Below are positions 52,645-64,000 of a DNA stretch of 64,000 nt, piece by piece. The notes under the pieces were generated by a model. That model did no database searches. It was not told the origin of the DNA and saw nothing but the letters and a program-made list of their open reading frames with translations. The position numbers were made by a program, and so were the translations under genes. Positions within the stretch are counted from its first letter, which is position 1. Each line of letters begins with the position of its first letter. Source of the DNA: Phoronis australis (Eukaryota; Animalia; Phoronida); contig NMRA01000255.1 in the NCBI GenBank assembly GCA_002633005.1, positions 104,062 through 168,061 on the forward strand. The letters are read 5' to 3'.

Positions 52645-53828
52645 TTAAAAGGATACCAAACCCTGTTTTGGCATATTCAAAGATATTTTCACTGCCATGT
52701 AAATCTCTGGAACAAAATAAGGCCAAAAATGCATATTTTATTCTGGTTTGTGCCCAACTCATTTTACAAATTGAGCCTCACTGCTTAAAGAAAAAAGTTC
52801 TCCAACTTCTTTCAAGAGCCACACAAACGCTATAATTAAGGTTTGCCACATTGGACAGGAGCAGCTGCAGCTCCATGGTGTGCTGCGAATGGCTAAAGTA
52901 AGTTGACTACTGGCTGATATACACCAGCACCGCTATCTGAATTTGTAAGTTTCGACTTAAAAATTTCATGTCTGTGTTAGGACCTTCCTCGAGAATAATA
53001 GAGATTTTTAGGAAAATGCCACTTGATTAGAAGCGTCTGGGCATTATTTTCATGCAGGCACTTAATTTCTGAGATTGTCAAGAATTTTAGAAATAGAAGT
53101 CCATGTGTTTACAAGTAATATTGAAAAAGATTTTTAAGGTTATGTAGGACCTTATTGACAAGTCGGCGCATTTAGGCAAATATCTACAAAGCATAGATTT
53201 TAACTCAGTAAAAATATATATATGTGAAAGTAGATAGCCTATAGAATTTGATTTTTGACTTATTACCAATCCGCGTTAATTGGGTCACGTGACCACGTAC
53301 ATTTTTGTAGTAAAACTTAACAAAGAAGAAAACGGTGTACATTGATAGCAAAACAACAATAACGTGATCAAATTTCGGTCGATATAATCGTTCATGATGA
53401 GATCTCAAAAACGCTGTCGTGGCTGTTTTAGAGAATTTCTGCTATTTTATTTTTTCGTGAAAATCATATAAGTCCCTATTTTTGATAGCCCCTCATGCAA
53501 AAGTGGAACATTTAAAACCCAATTCCTGACAGCGTCTTGGTGAGTAGTGCATAGAGCATAATATCTGAAAGTTTGATACATGGAATGTAATCTATTTCTG
53601 ATGTATTATGATGTTCCGAATTAAGCCAAATTTGGACATTTTTCTAGTGTCCTAGTTAGCCTTACGGGATTGATCGTACGGTAAAAGAAGGTGCGGAAAA
53701 AGACTTCCCTTCTCGAACTACATGTTCCACTTTGTGATTCAACGAGGAATAGTTGATTTGGTTATCTGTATGGCAGTTGGTCTATGTTGGGTGTGAAATT
53801 ACCAACTCGGGATTTAGTATCCTTTTTG
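52645..53828. mobile_element. TTAA-flanked family B, long copy (~1.18 kb)
   Basis: ttaa|aaggataccaaaccctgttttgg ... cgggatttagtatcctt|tttg (right TSD degenerate). Confidence 0.6.
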
Positions 53829-54887
53829 AAATAAAACGAACGTTATCAATTTAAACTAATTATGTAGTATCCGTTATATCACCAAACCTGTAGATATGTG
53901 CTAGGTGCTTGCCCGTCTTTTAGACTTTGTGTTTAGAGGTGGACTGCGTGTTGACACGCCAGTCTAACTCGAATCTGCGGCGTAGTATATGCTGTTGAGA
54001 GGATGCTTATCAATATACCTCAAGTTATTTAGGATGGAAGCATCTCCTTTGTGTTTCAAGAAAATTTTGTGTGCTCTATTGAGATTCCGAAATTGTCATA
54101 GCTTTAAGGTTGGAATCGTCTGGTGCTGACTTGGATTAGTAACCATAATGTACTCGAATGCAGAATAACTCATATCTTCAGTTCATACTGATCAAGAGTG
54201 GCCAATGCTAAAAATCTGCAGTTCTCTCGAGTTTGAGTTCGGAGATTAGACCTTTTGCCTGACTGGTTAAGCGAAAAAAACATTTGGCATAATCGGTGAC
54301 GTTTTGTGTGGTAAGTAATGAGGAAGTTGCAAGTTGGAACTGTTTCGTGAAAAGTGACGTAAGAGTTTGGTCGTAAGCGCCACACAGCTACTTACGAATA
54401 GTAATGAAATCCCGCTTGAACATTGCAAAGTTTCTTGGAATATAAACATAATTGCTAAGTAGTGGGATTATTTTTGTAAATTATTTCTGCAGTGTGATAT
54501 ACTCATAATTATTTGGCTAAAACTTTTGAAGGAACCGTGAAGTGGGCCCTTTAACCTTGACCAAATTTGTGTACTGAACCCTTACGTCAATTTTCGAGAA
54601 AAAGCGAGGTCCTAGGTGGAAAAAAAATGATATCTTAAAGAGCATTGCGTCGTATGGAAGGCTACTGGTAGTGTTCTTATGGAATTCACACCTCTTTCTT
54701 TGACGTCATTCTAACTGGTCTGCCGGAAATGCGTTTGTGCCGTTTCAGCTGAGTTGTTGATACGAATTGTGATTGGTCGGTAAAATTTTGGCATAAAAGT
54801 GTATTTCTTCGTTTTTGGTTTAGTTTCAAGTTACGGGGGGCAATTGATGTTTTAGTGCAAGATTTTCTGTTCTCATCCGTTGTCTGT

Positions 54888-55047
54888 ACAGAAAAATTCG
54901 CATAAGTTGCAGGCATAAATTTGATTTTCGCTTGTGACTGGACTTGCATGATCATTAGGAGTCCATGCTCTGGCGAAACCTTTAGCGGTACGGTTAGTTT
55001 ACTTTCATAATTTATGCACTCGACTACAACTTATGCGAATTTCTACT
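54888..55047. repeat. Inverted-repeat (MITE-like) element
   Basis: gaaaaattcgcataagttgcaggcataaatt versus aatttatgcac...caacttatgcgaatttct. Confidence 0.5.
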
Positions 55048-56963
55048 GCCATTATGTTAGTATTCTCGGTGTTCGAAAATTCATGCTAGTGTAATGTACA
55101 GTTCTTGTAAAAAATAATAAATTTTCACAAATAGATATAGGTCGGTTTTGTTTCCATATCTCGACGTCACGAAAGTTTGGGTCTGTGAGACTTTACCTTG
55201 TGCAAAGGTTTATTCGAGCAATTTGCAGCCATTGCGCGCTTGGGTGGTTTTCCTCTTGGGTAACGTCTCAGTCTGGTTATTCAGAATTAGTGGTAATAGG
55301 GGGCGAGAAATTGACAGATTTCCTCTCATTCAAATTTCAATACACACTTTCACTGCTGTCTGCATTAAGACCACTCTGGTAGGGGCCGGGTGGCGCATAC
55401 ACGAGTCGCTCGCAAGTTTAGCACTAGGCGGTTTCTACATCTGTTGTAGAACTGTAAATGTATTAATAGCCAGAAAGATATTGCCAGTGGTCCTCGGTAT
55501 TTCCAATCCATTTCTCTTTCGTGTTCAACGCGGCTACGGTCCACTTCCGGCGTCGGTCCTCCGTTCATGAGAAACTGAAACATAAAACGGTGAAAAAGGG
55601 TGACATTTTAGAAAACAGTATCTGCATTTTTCAGATCTGATCTTAAACGTTTGAGTAAAATGGCTATGTGAAACTTGATTTTTGGTCAGATCTATGAATC
55701 GTGACCGAAGTTTTACCTTCCAAGTCAAAAACGTGTTTGGTAAAATTTTGATGGCTCAGAGAACACATAAGTAGTCAAAGCATGCATGTAACTTTCAGGA
55801 TGTTTATAGCTGAAAGGCACCATGCCTTTTGGCTCTGGTGTTATTCTTGTTACTGGTATAAGGTCATTGGTATACTAGTCACCTAAGTCCTTTCAAAAAG
55901 GTTCAAACAAAGTCAACACCCTGGAAGCGAAGATCCAACATGAATTCAGGTGAAATCTACACGTGAGAAAAAGTGTAGGTGAAAGGTATGAAATCATATT
56001 ATTGATGGGTACACTGAAAATTTTACAAGTCCACAAAAGCCCCAAAGACCAACAGTTCGAAAGCAAAGTGTTAGAAATTTGACAACGCAGCTTCTAGATT
56101 TTGAGCGAAATATTCCGGGAAATATATGTACGGCGTGCTGCCTGCCTTGTTTGAAACTATTTCATGGAAGCGCCAGTTCATCCTCTGGAAAAGATCCAAA
56201 CAAAGCTCTGCAATGTGCACCAGACTGTCGCTTTATGTTACATTTTCAAATTAGGTTTACTGCCACTAAAAATTAGCAGCTCAGATGTTATTGACTTTGA
56301 ATCACTGCATTCTGGTCATGCAGATCTAAGAACTTGTTCCAAACTAACTAGCTCCCCTCCTTGACGGATTCGTTAACCTTCTGATAGGGCAATTTTAAAA
56401 ACACTGAATTTCAGTTGTCCGGCGTATTAGGACTTGAAAACCTTCAGAGAGTCGAGATGTACCTTATTCATACTAATAAAGTATATAACCCTAGAAATAT
56501 TAGCTTACCATATGATCTGAATTGAAAAATAAAAGTGAGAATGAGTGTGGGCAGAAGGATTCCAAGTACACGTACAACAGGCGTGCGTTCAGTAGACCCT
56601 AGGACCTACGCTAGGACCTAGCTAAAACCTAGTCCAAGTCACGTGTTCTTATTCAAAGTACATGGCAAAATCTCACGTATTCTCGCGAAGTCTTGCTGTT
56701 TAGCGCGGTCCTAGCGTTACTGAACGGAGGCAAGGCTGCCGCCACTGCTATCGCCGCTAGATGTCAGAATTTTCATTGACCTTGACCTGTATTGGACGTC
56801 CACTTTTCATTTCGGTTTACTTAGATTTGGAGTTCTTCAAAGGTCGATGAAAATTATAACAATTCTCTGTGATGTGAGTGATCGAATGCACGTGTTATCA
56901 GGGTTGAGTACACTTAATATTAGCCTCCGATTTGCCCAGTGTAGGACAACAGATGAGGCCTTA

Positions 56964-57989
56964 TACAGTGCCAGTCTGTCTCGACTGGCCACCACTACGG
57001 CGTAGCGCAGGCTACGTCGTACTCGTAGGCGGAGGAACGGTGTTGAAGTTTCTATGGTAGCTAGGTTCATTCGCATCGGAAGCTTTTCGACGAATTATAC
57101 CTCACACTGATTAAAGAATCAAAGTCACGTTGTTATAAGCACAGGCGTGCTCAGCAAGTACCTTTCGCGCATTCAGGGACACCTTAGATAGATTGCTTAG
57201 AACTGGGCCGTCGATATCTTCAATTCCGAGTCCTTCCAACTATAACAAATACTCCCGTAATTGAACTGTTTTTTCATTCAATTGCCCAAATCGGTAACTG
57301 GCCATTTTTTCACAGCACCCGCCAGGTGGTAGACCAACCCTTAAACAGACTGTAGCCGGTAAACCAGCCAGGCTGAATCCAAACAATCTGTTTGAACTGA
57401 TTGGCTAAACGATGTGATGCCTGGTGAGTGGTGAGCATGGCTGTGTGCATGGCGATATTTGTTGATATCACATCACTCAGATCAGCGGGCGACCTGTCGA
57501 ATGTTTAGCCCATGACCACTTCCCTTGTTATGCTGCCAGATGTGTGACACCAAGTTTGACCCTTTTGTAGTAGTTTGTGACAGATTTGCAAACAAATATG
57601 GGCAATACTAGTATCAATCACTCACATGGGTCTTGGATTCAAATAACTAGTTTGATGCTAGACAGTACAGTCATCTCATGTGACCGCAATACAAAATGTC
57701 ATATTTTCTGGTGCGAACAGTGTAAAAATGGCCAATTGTTGGTTTAGGCAACTGAACGAAGGACTGTTCGAAAGAAGTTTGGTTGCAGGAGAATTTTTAT
57801 TCGACCTAGGAAGAGTTAAGGACAGCAACGGCTTCCTTAGGTCTGCTATGCACAAAAGGTACAACGACATGATTTTGACTTGATTTTTAATCAGTGTGAG
57901 GCATAATTCTCCGAAACATTTTCAGTGTATGGAGAGCTTATGGGATGGCCATCATCTCTACTGCGTCCAGTTGAGATGGTACTGTCTAG
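56964..57989. mobile_element. Fold-back MITE family C, copies/arms upstream of the arrestin CDS
   Basis: gaattatacctcacactgatt (~57091) versus aatcagtgtgaggcataattc (~57889); ctagacagtac...gtactgtctag ends at 57658-57989. Confidence 0.65.
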
Positions 57990-58522
57990 TTTGATGCCTG
58001 TTATTTGGTAGAGAAAACTCAAAATGTAGACTCATGTAAGTTACTATTTCCCAAATATGCTTGGTAATGGCTGTGGTATTGGTAGATCTGTGAGACAAAA
58101 GCCATTGAAGGAACCATTTAGACAAAAGCCATTGAAGGTACCATGTCCAAGTTGACCAGTTGACCTCGTTAGTTACGAATGGTCATTGTTTTACCGACGA
58201 CAGTTGGTCTAGCAATCCTACTAATATTTGGTACACTGGAGTGTATTTCGATACCACTGATACACCAGACTGGAAAAAAATTGTGTATATGGATTATTTT
58301 TAAAACCTTCTCTTCTAAAGATGCTAACCTAGACGGTTGTCTGTTGTGAGACATTTTTGTACCTCACAGGGTAATAGAGTTTATGATCACGACTGGTAAA
58401 AGCCAATTTTACTTTATTACTGTTTGTCTGCTCACTGGGATGAGAGACCAAGAACGCTTGGTGCATTAATGCCTGATCATCCACACTTTAAAGTTATTTT
58501 TTTTCCAGGGACGACTGTTGAA

Positions 58523-59830
58523 ATGGAAAGAAAGCTTATCTGTGATATTCTTTTTCGAAGAACAGACCCCAATTTTGTACATGATTACATCAGGTACTTC
58601 AGCGTCGACTTGGAGAAGCAATGCAGCCCTGACAACTTCTTAAAAGATGCCTTCCAGCCAGAAAACCGTGGATACCGCGGTTTCATTGATTTCCGAGAAG
58701 CTTACACTTACACCCCCGATGAAACTGTGTATGGAAAGATTAGATTGGAACTTAACAAGGCGTCGCCAGTTTTCAAGTTGGATCTCAAAATAAAGGGCGT
58801 AATCTGTGTTTTGAGTGGCGGTTGGCACTCCACAGAGTCAGATTGGAAAGAAGAGATCATTTTTGAAAATACAACCATATTTATTGACCACGAATCTGGT
58901 AAGGAGCCCGTACTGTCTCATGGTGAACACATGTTTGACTTTAAATGTGATCTTCCAAATGATACAGTCGGATGTTTGGCATACGCAGGAAAAGATGGAC
59001 AGGAAGCCTATGTGGTATTTTATGCTGAGACATCCATTTATTTTTCTGACCACATAGAACCAATCAAATCAGAGTGTTTTATTCCTGTGCAGCGTAGATT
59101 CTGGATAACTGATCCGAAGCTTGAATTTCACATGAACAAGGAAAACACAGATAAAAAGCAAGCCAAATTCATGCTTGGTTTTAGTGGAACTTTAGATGTG
59201 CAGTTGTCTTTAAAGCAGGGTTTCTTCATTACATCTGGCCATGATCTGTTAGTAGACATTCACATTGATAATAAAAGTCGACATGTCGTCGACCAATTGT
59301 CTTGCTCGTTCTATCAAGTGGTGCGTTTTTTTGTACGCTCCTCTGAGGTCCTGAAAGTCCAACGAAAATTAGCTCTGCTGCAAATCCCTGTGAAAATTGA
59401 TCACGGTCAAGAAGAGGATTTGTGTGATGTTCGGATTCATACTGATCCGACTCTTGAGCCTGCAATCAGTAAGAGTATAAGCAAGAAAGCTGCTCTACAT
59501 GTAGTTCTGGGATATGCGGTCGTTGCGGAGGTAGGAATTTCTTCACAGCCCTCCAGCAAGGTACACGTACAAGTTCCTGTTTTGCTGTGTTCTCCTACGC
59601 AGTCAGACCTCGGTGATTGGGAGACGGCAAGAGCTCTGCACAGACGCAAGGACGGAGCCGTAGACGGGAACACAGAAGTGATGCGATATGAGTTTAAGCC
59701 TGACAGTGATCATGCATTGTGGAAAGTTAAAACGGCCACAGATATTCTAATGGAGCCTTATGTGGGTGCCCTGGTATTGGCACAGATGAAGTTAAAAGAA
59801 CTGGATGTCTCCTCTGAAGCATCGGATTAG
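58523..59830 (+). CDS. Arrestin-domain-containing protein (alpha-arrestin/ARRDC-like), ~435 aa, CDS in one exon
   Basis: Long ORF. Arrestin-N features YTPDETVYGKIRLEL...LDLKIKG...LSHGEHMFDFKCDLP; arrestin-C features GTLDVQLSLKQGFF..GHDLLVDIHIDNKS....LSCSFYQVVRF. Splice acceptor tttttttccag at 58508 precedes ATG 58523, so the ORF-track start at 58424 is probably intronic. AATAAA at ~60371. Confidence 0.8.
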   Translation: MERKLICDILFRRTDPNFVHDYIRYFSVDLEKQCSPDNFLKDAFQPENRGYRGFIDFREAYTYTPDETVYGKIRLELNKASPVFKLDLKIKGVICVLSGGWHSTESDWKEEIIFENTTIFIDHESGKEPVLSHGEHMFDFKCDLPNDTVGCLAYAGKDGQEAYVVFYAETSIYFSDHIEPIKSECFIPVQRRFWITDPKLEFHMNKENTDKKQAKFMLGFSGTLDVQLSLKQGFFITSGHDLLVDIHIDNKSRHVVDQLSCSFYQVVRFFVRSSEVLKVQRKLALLQIPVKIDHGQEEDLCDVRIHTDPTLEPAISKSISKKAALHVVLGYAVVAEVGISSQPSSKVHVQVPVLLCSPTQSDLGDWETARALHRRKDGAVDGNTEVMRYEFKPDSDHALWKVKTATDILMEPYVGALVLAQMKLKELDVSSEASD

Positions 59831-61933
59831 TGGAATATTACACCTCTTCAGAATAACACTTGGCAGTGCGTTTAATTTTAGAAACAAAAAGTGAAAGGGT
59901 GTACATTAACCAGAATTTTCACTAAACATGGTTCTTCGTTAGTGAAATTTCTTCAAATTGGAGGTGAGCATCAAGTCTAATGTGGGTGTTAACACGGATG
60001 GATACAGTTATTGGCAGTTATGCTCAGAATTGTTACTCAAGGCCAACATGTGCGGTTGATCCTTGGGCCCTTTTTATGAAACTCTTCTTGTTTCTTACTC
60101 ACTAGTAGATCTTTTAGCAGCTTGATAGCCAGTATTAATACAGCAGCAGGTTCAAGAACAGAATGGTCTGCATGATGCACTTTCTGAGAACTGATGTAGT
60201 GATAAGTATGTTGGATGCATTGTGGTAAAATTTCACCAATTTTTGACAAAAATAATTGACATGGTTGGCCTTTTTCAATTTTTCAAGGGTTTGCAACGTT
60301 ATTGTGAATGCCCACAGTTTCTCAAAAAACCTCTGCTGGTAACTGTAGTATAAAGCTATGTGTTTTGAAAAATAAATTCATTTGTTGGCCATATTGTGTC
60401 AATGGGTGGGGTGAGGTTTTACCATTGTGATAGTGTTCAAATGACTGTAGGGACTTTCTTCTCATCGAAATTCATCAAATACCGAAGCGAGACATATTGG
60501 AAGTGTTATTTTTACCTCGTTTTCCTTGAAGGGTTTTCATGGCAGCTGAAATTGACAAAGCTTGGGAAATTTCAGGAAATTCTGTGAATGTTTGGAAAAT
60601 TATAGTTTCAGTAGATGAGCAATCGGTTATCGTGAGAGTAGACGACCAACTATAGTGTCTAGCAAGTTAAATTTTGTGAGGTGATGTGGAGATGTTGGAT
60701 AGTTGTGTTGTAAATATATGACACCTTTGTAGGGGAAAGTTTTTGCTCTTTAACAATGTACTGCAGTATGGTAACTTGTACATGTGTCTGTGGATGTCAG
60801 AATTTTTAGTTATTAGTTGAGGTTAAATGTCTTGTGTAAAATATTTATAGTAATTTAAGATCTGTGATGCATTCATGAAACAATCTCGTTTTGAAAATTG
60901 TTGTCAAGTAAGTCATGGGAGTCATAAGCATGCCTGGAGCTGCCAGTAAAATTTCATCAACGTGCATGGCTAAGGGACAGTTCACCATTTACTACGTAAG
61001 CAACACTGCGTACTAGTCGCCAACCGACTAGAGCGACGTCTTTCGTGAAAATGGACAGTTCACAATTATTGCTCTTTTCACGAGCGTACTAACCCTACGT
61101 TTTTGAGGAGTGCGAGCTTGGTGTTAGGATTGGGTTTTGATGTGATGAAAATGACTATGTCAAACAACAGAAGTCAATGTTTTTAATTACTATTTCTCAT
61201 TATGAAGTTGACGAAATAACCACTTGCCAATATCCAATCATGCAGAAACAAAGTACAAGAATTAAGTTTTAAAATCTTTTATTTTATATCAGGTCAATGT
61301 TCAAATCAACACTGGCATTCAACTTTGAAGCAAACTGGTACAGCTTGTAAATTCATCCCTATTTTTATTCGATTTTGTGGGAGGGGAAACAGCGTATTTG
61401 ATACAATCTTGAAAATGGGGATAATTGTGAACGGTTCCTAACTTGTATCGGTTTTCATTATGCCGAATTTTGGAGAATTATCCATTTCAAGGGATATATT
61501 GTATAGCTATAAATTTTCATCCATTGTGTGACCCGGCCGAATTAAGCTTGTATTGTTTGATAGCGCTAATTTTTGTATAATGTTCGTGACTGAGGTTTCA
61601 AACGTGAAACTTCACAAAAAATGAAATTTTCACCGTTTTCTAAGCCAAATGCGGTGCGTTATTTACAATTCACTAAAAATGTAAGAATTGGATCATCTTT
61701 TACCAACTTGTCTGTCTTGACCAGAATACCTCAAGCTGTGCATGGCTTTCGTGAAGGTGTTCAGTTTTAAGTTGATATTCAGTTAACAAGAAACCAATAA
61801 CCTTGAAAGTTTAATATTAAATGATCATGTTTCAATCAAAACTAGGACTAAATAATCTGCACGGTTTATCAAAACTGGCTTACTTTCACAGTGCTTTGTT
61901 GGTTTTCACGTGGACATCTGTACCTTACATTCT

Positions 61934-62249
61934 TTAAAAGGATGCCAAAGCGAATCTCCCATCAAGTTCTCGGAAACAAAAAATGATCCGTTACCCTTGA
62001 CAACCCTCAAAAGTTTGGAGGAAAATTTAAAACTTCCTTTCAAAGTCTGCTAAACGGGCATACGTGACCTACGCTTTTAGTGAATTACACTGCAGCTGTG
62101 GGAAAAATCAGCCACCTGGGACGATAATGTCCAATCTGTTAGATAAGGAGTATGAGTTTTTACTCGATCCCTGCCTTTTACTTGGAAGGTTGACGGCAGA
62201 ACGAGGATTGGTTGAAATCGTGAAAACATGGGGTTTAGTATCCTTTTAA
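61934..62249. mobile_element. TTAA-flanked MITE family B, copy 4
   Basis: ttaa|aaggatgccaaa ... ggggtttagtatcctt|ttaa. Confidence 0.7.
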
Positions 62250-62860
62250 GTAAATCTCATCTCGTTGTGAGGTAAGCAAGTTGTGTCGTTAACACATTGA
62301 TGTTGTAAAGGTGCTACTGAGTCAGTGCAATAAAAAGTTTGTGTCTACTCAGTTTATGATTATTGTGACTGAAAAACGATCAGGAGTATGACACATGGAT
62401 TGCTCAACATAATCCGTTGTGTAAACATTGATATGTAATGCATAGTCAAATCCTTTGGTTCTGTCGGTGTTTGGCTAGCAATGTTGAATTCTTAATCGAA
62501 GCGCTTTGGGGTTTAAAACTTTCCCACGTTTATTCCACCTTGCAAGAGTCTCGTACAATGTAGACATGTGCCATTTCCTTGTGTCTCTTGGTTTTAATGT
62601 TCTTATTGGTAACTGATGCAAAATTCTATCACACTTCGGAATAATTACGATACCGACGTATGAGTGACTTAATATTATTTTTGGCAGTAAGCAATGAGAA
62701 ATTTTAGTTTTTAAGGCACAGAACAGGGCTACGTCTTTAGTACCTAACAGAAAACTTGTACTGGGATCAGAAGGCCATCCCAACAACCTGTTTTATCGTC
62801 ATTTTTGTAGTACACTAATATGAAAGAAGCTGTTGATTGCCAGACACAGACTAAGGTGAA

Positions 62861-63222
62861 GACAATCCTCAGGGGGTACCAATGGTAACCATAGAATCAT
62901 ACGCACGAGCATCGCATCTTGCGCACAACCCACCTATTAATCACGCATGCGAACCCAGAAATCATGCATACGAAGAAAAATCCTGCACACGAACGACAAA
63001 AATCCCAGTACAAACGAACACAAAATTATACGAGCATCGAATGAAACGCACGAACACTATCCATTGGTGGTTCGAGCGCACAATTCGGATGGTCGTGCAT
63101 GTGGTTCGTGCGTATTTTTCTTTGTATGTGTGATTCTTGGGCTCATATGCATGACTGATATTTGTGCATAAGATGCGATGCTCGTGCGTATTATTTCATG
63201 TTACCCCTGATCCTGGATTGTC
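62861..63222. mobile_element. Palindromic fold-back MITE (~360 bp)
   Basis: gacaatcc.tcagggg...tacgcacgagcatcgcatctt versus aagatgcgatgctcgtgcgta...cccctga..ggattgtc; internal GCACGAAC repeats. Confidence 0.75.
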
Positions 63223-64000
63223 ACGAATGTTGCCACACATACAACTGATCAAAGTTGTCGTTTATCTCTTGCAGGGGATCTTGTTCTTGGCGAGTCATCG
63301 CATTCGTCTCAGGAGTTCTGTCAATCATGTAGGAGGCTTTTCAAATCCTTATTTAAAGCAATAACCCATGTCTGATATTTTCAGCAATTTGGGTGCAAGA
63401 CGTTTTGTGTTTTTTGCCATACACACCGTGAACTAGTCGTAATGGAAACTACAATTAACATAAATTTGAATTTGTGCCTTTTATACGACACCAACCTCAC
63501 CCTGAAACTAAATCACAATGAGCAGTTTCCTACAGCACAAATACACCGTTTTTAGGGTACCTTCTAAACTTGCACTTAGTGGTAAACCAAAACAGATTTT
63601 TCAATACGGGCAAAACACAATGGTGCTTGCGAGACGAGAAACGAACAGAGAGAGAGAATTTAACACATGGATTTTATTTTTTTTTGCCCTCATTGAGCTG
63701 AACGCTACACTCCCTCAAGTCAGTGGAATAGCTTTAAAACACAACCATTGTATTCAAACATCATTCTGCTGTCAGAAAATGACCAACTTCAGAGTAATTT
63801 AACCCCTGGACAGTATTGTATTAGGTGAGCAATCTGTGTACAATTTTTGCTCTCCAACCAACCCCTGCTCTGCCCTAGTTAAACACAGAGCAACTCAATT
63901 GTGGACACACCTGAACTATTTACTCAAAACCTCTTGTAATATGTAGTGACTACTCATCAACAATGTAAGAGTGCAAATTGGCCCAGAACACCTTAGACTG

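Noticed and set aside
55148-55570. 140-aa plus-strand ORF
   Set aside because: Non-ATG start, no domain, no supporting splice structure.
58424-58522. N-terminal extension of the arrestin ORF given in the ORF track
   Set aside because: Begins at a non-ATG codon and spans a polypyrimidine tract and AG acceptor, so most of it is likely intron.

Overview
AT-rich, intron-rich animal (invertebrate-like) genomic DNA, not prokaryotic. Four protein-coding genes were reconstructed by hand from phase-consistent GT-AG exons: (1) an 11-exon SLC2A/GLUT sugar-porter gene on + (~1283-24067); (2) TMEM222 on - (33407-38254), with a candidate 15-nt cassette microexon; (3) a TCF19-like FHA+PHD gene on + (38593-49767), head-to-head with TMEM222; (4) an arrestin-domain gene with an uninterrupted CDS on + (58523-59830). 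Introns and intergenic DNA are full of decayed transposons: Kolobok-type (THAP, TTAA) elements and TTAA MITEs, a pogo-like deletion derivative, a Gypsy LTR/PBS/gag remnant, Penelope and L1-like fragments, and several fold-back MITE families. The most unusual structure is a 1.33-kb Kolobok-like element (18750-20082) whose two ~310-bp inverted arms are both the element's 5' end (promoter-like motifs plus the THAP start codon), pointing inward. I found no clearly intact novel multi-gene system. All calls are by eye; no database searches were run.
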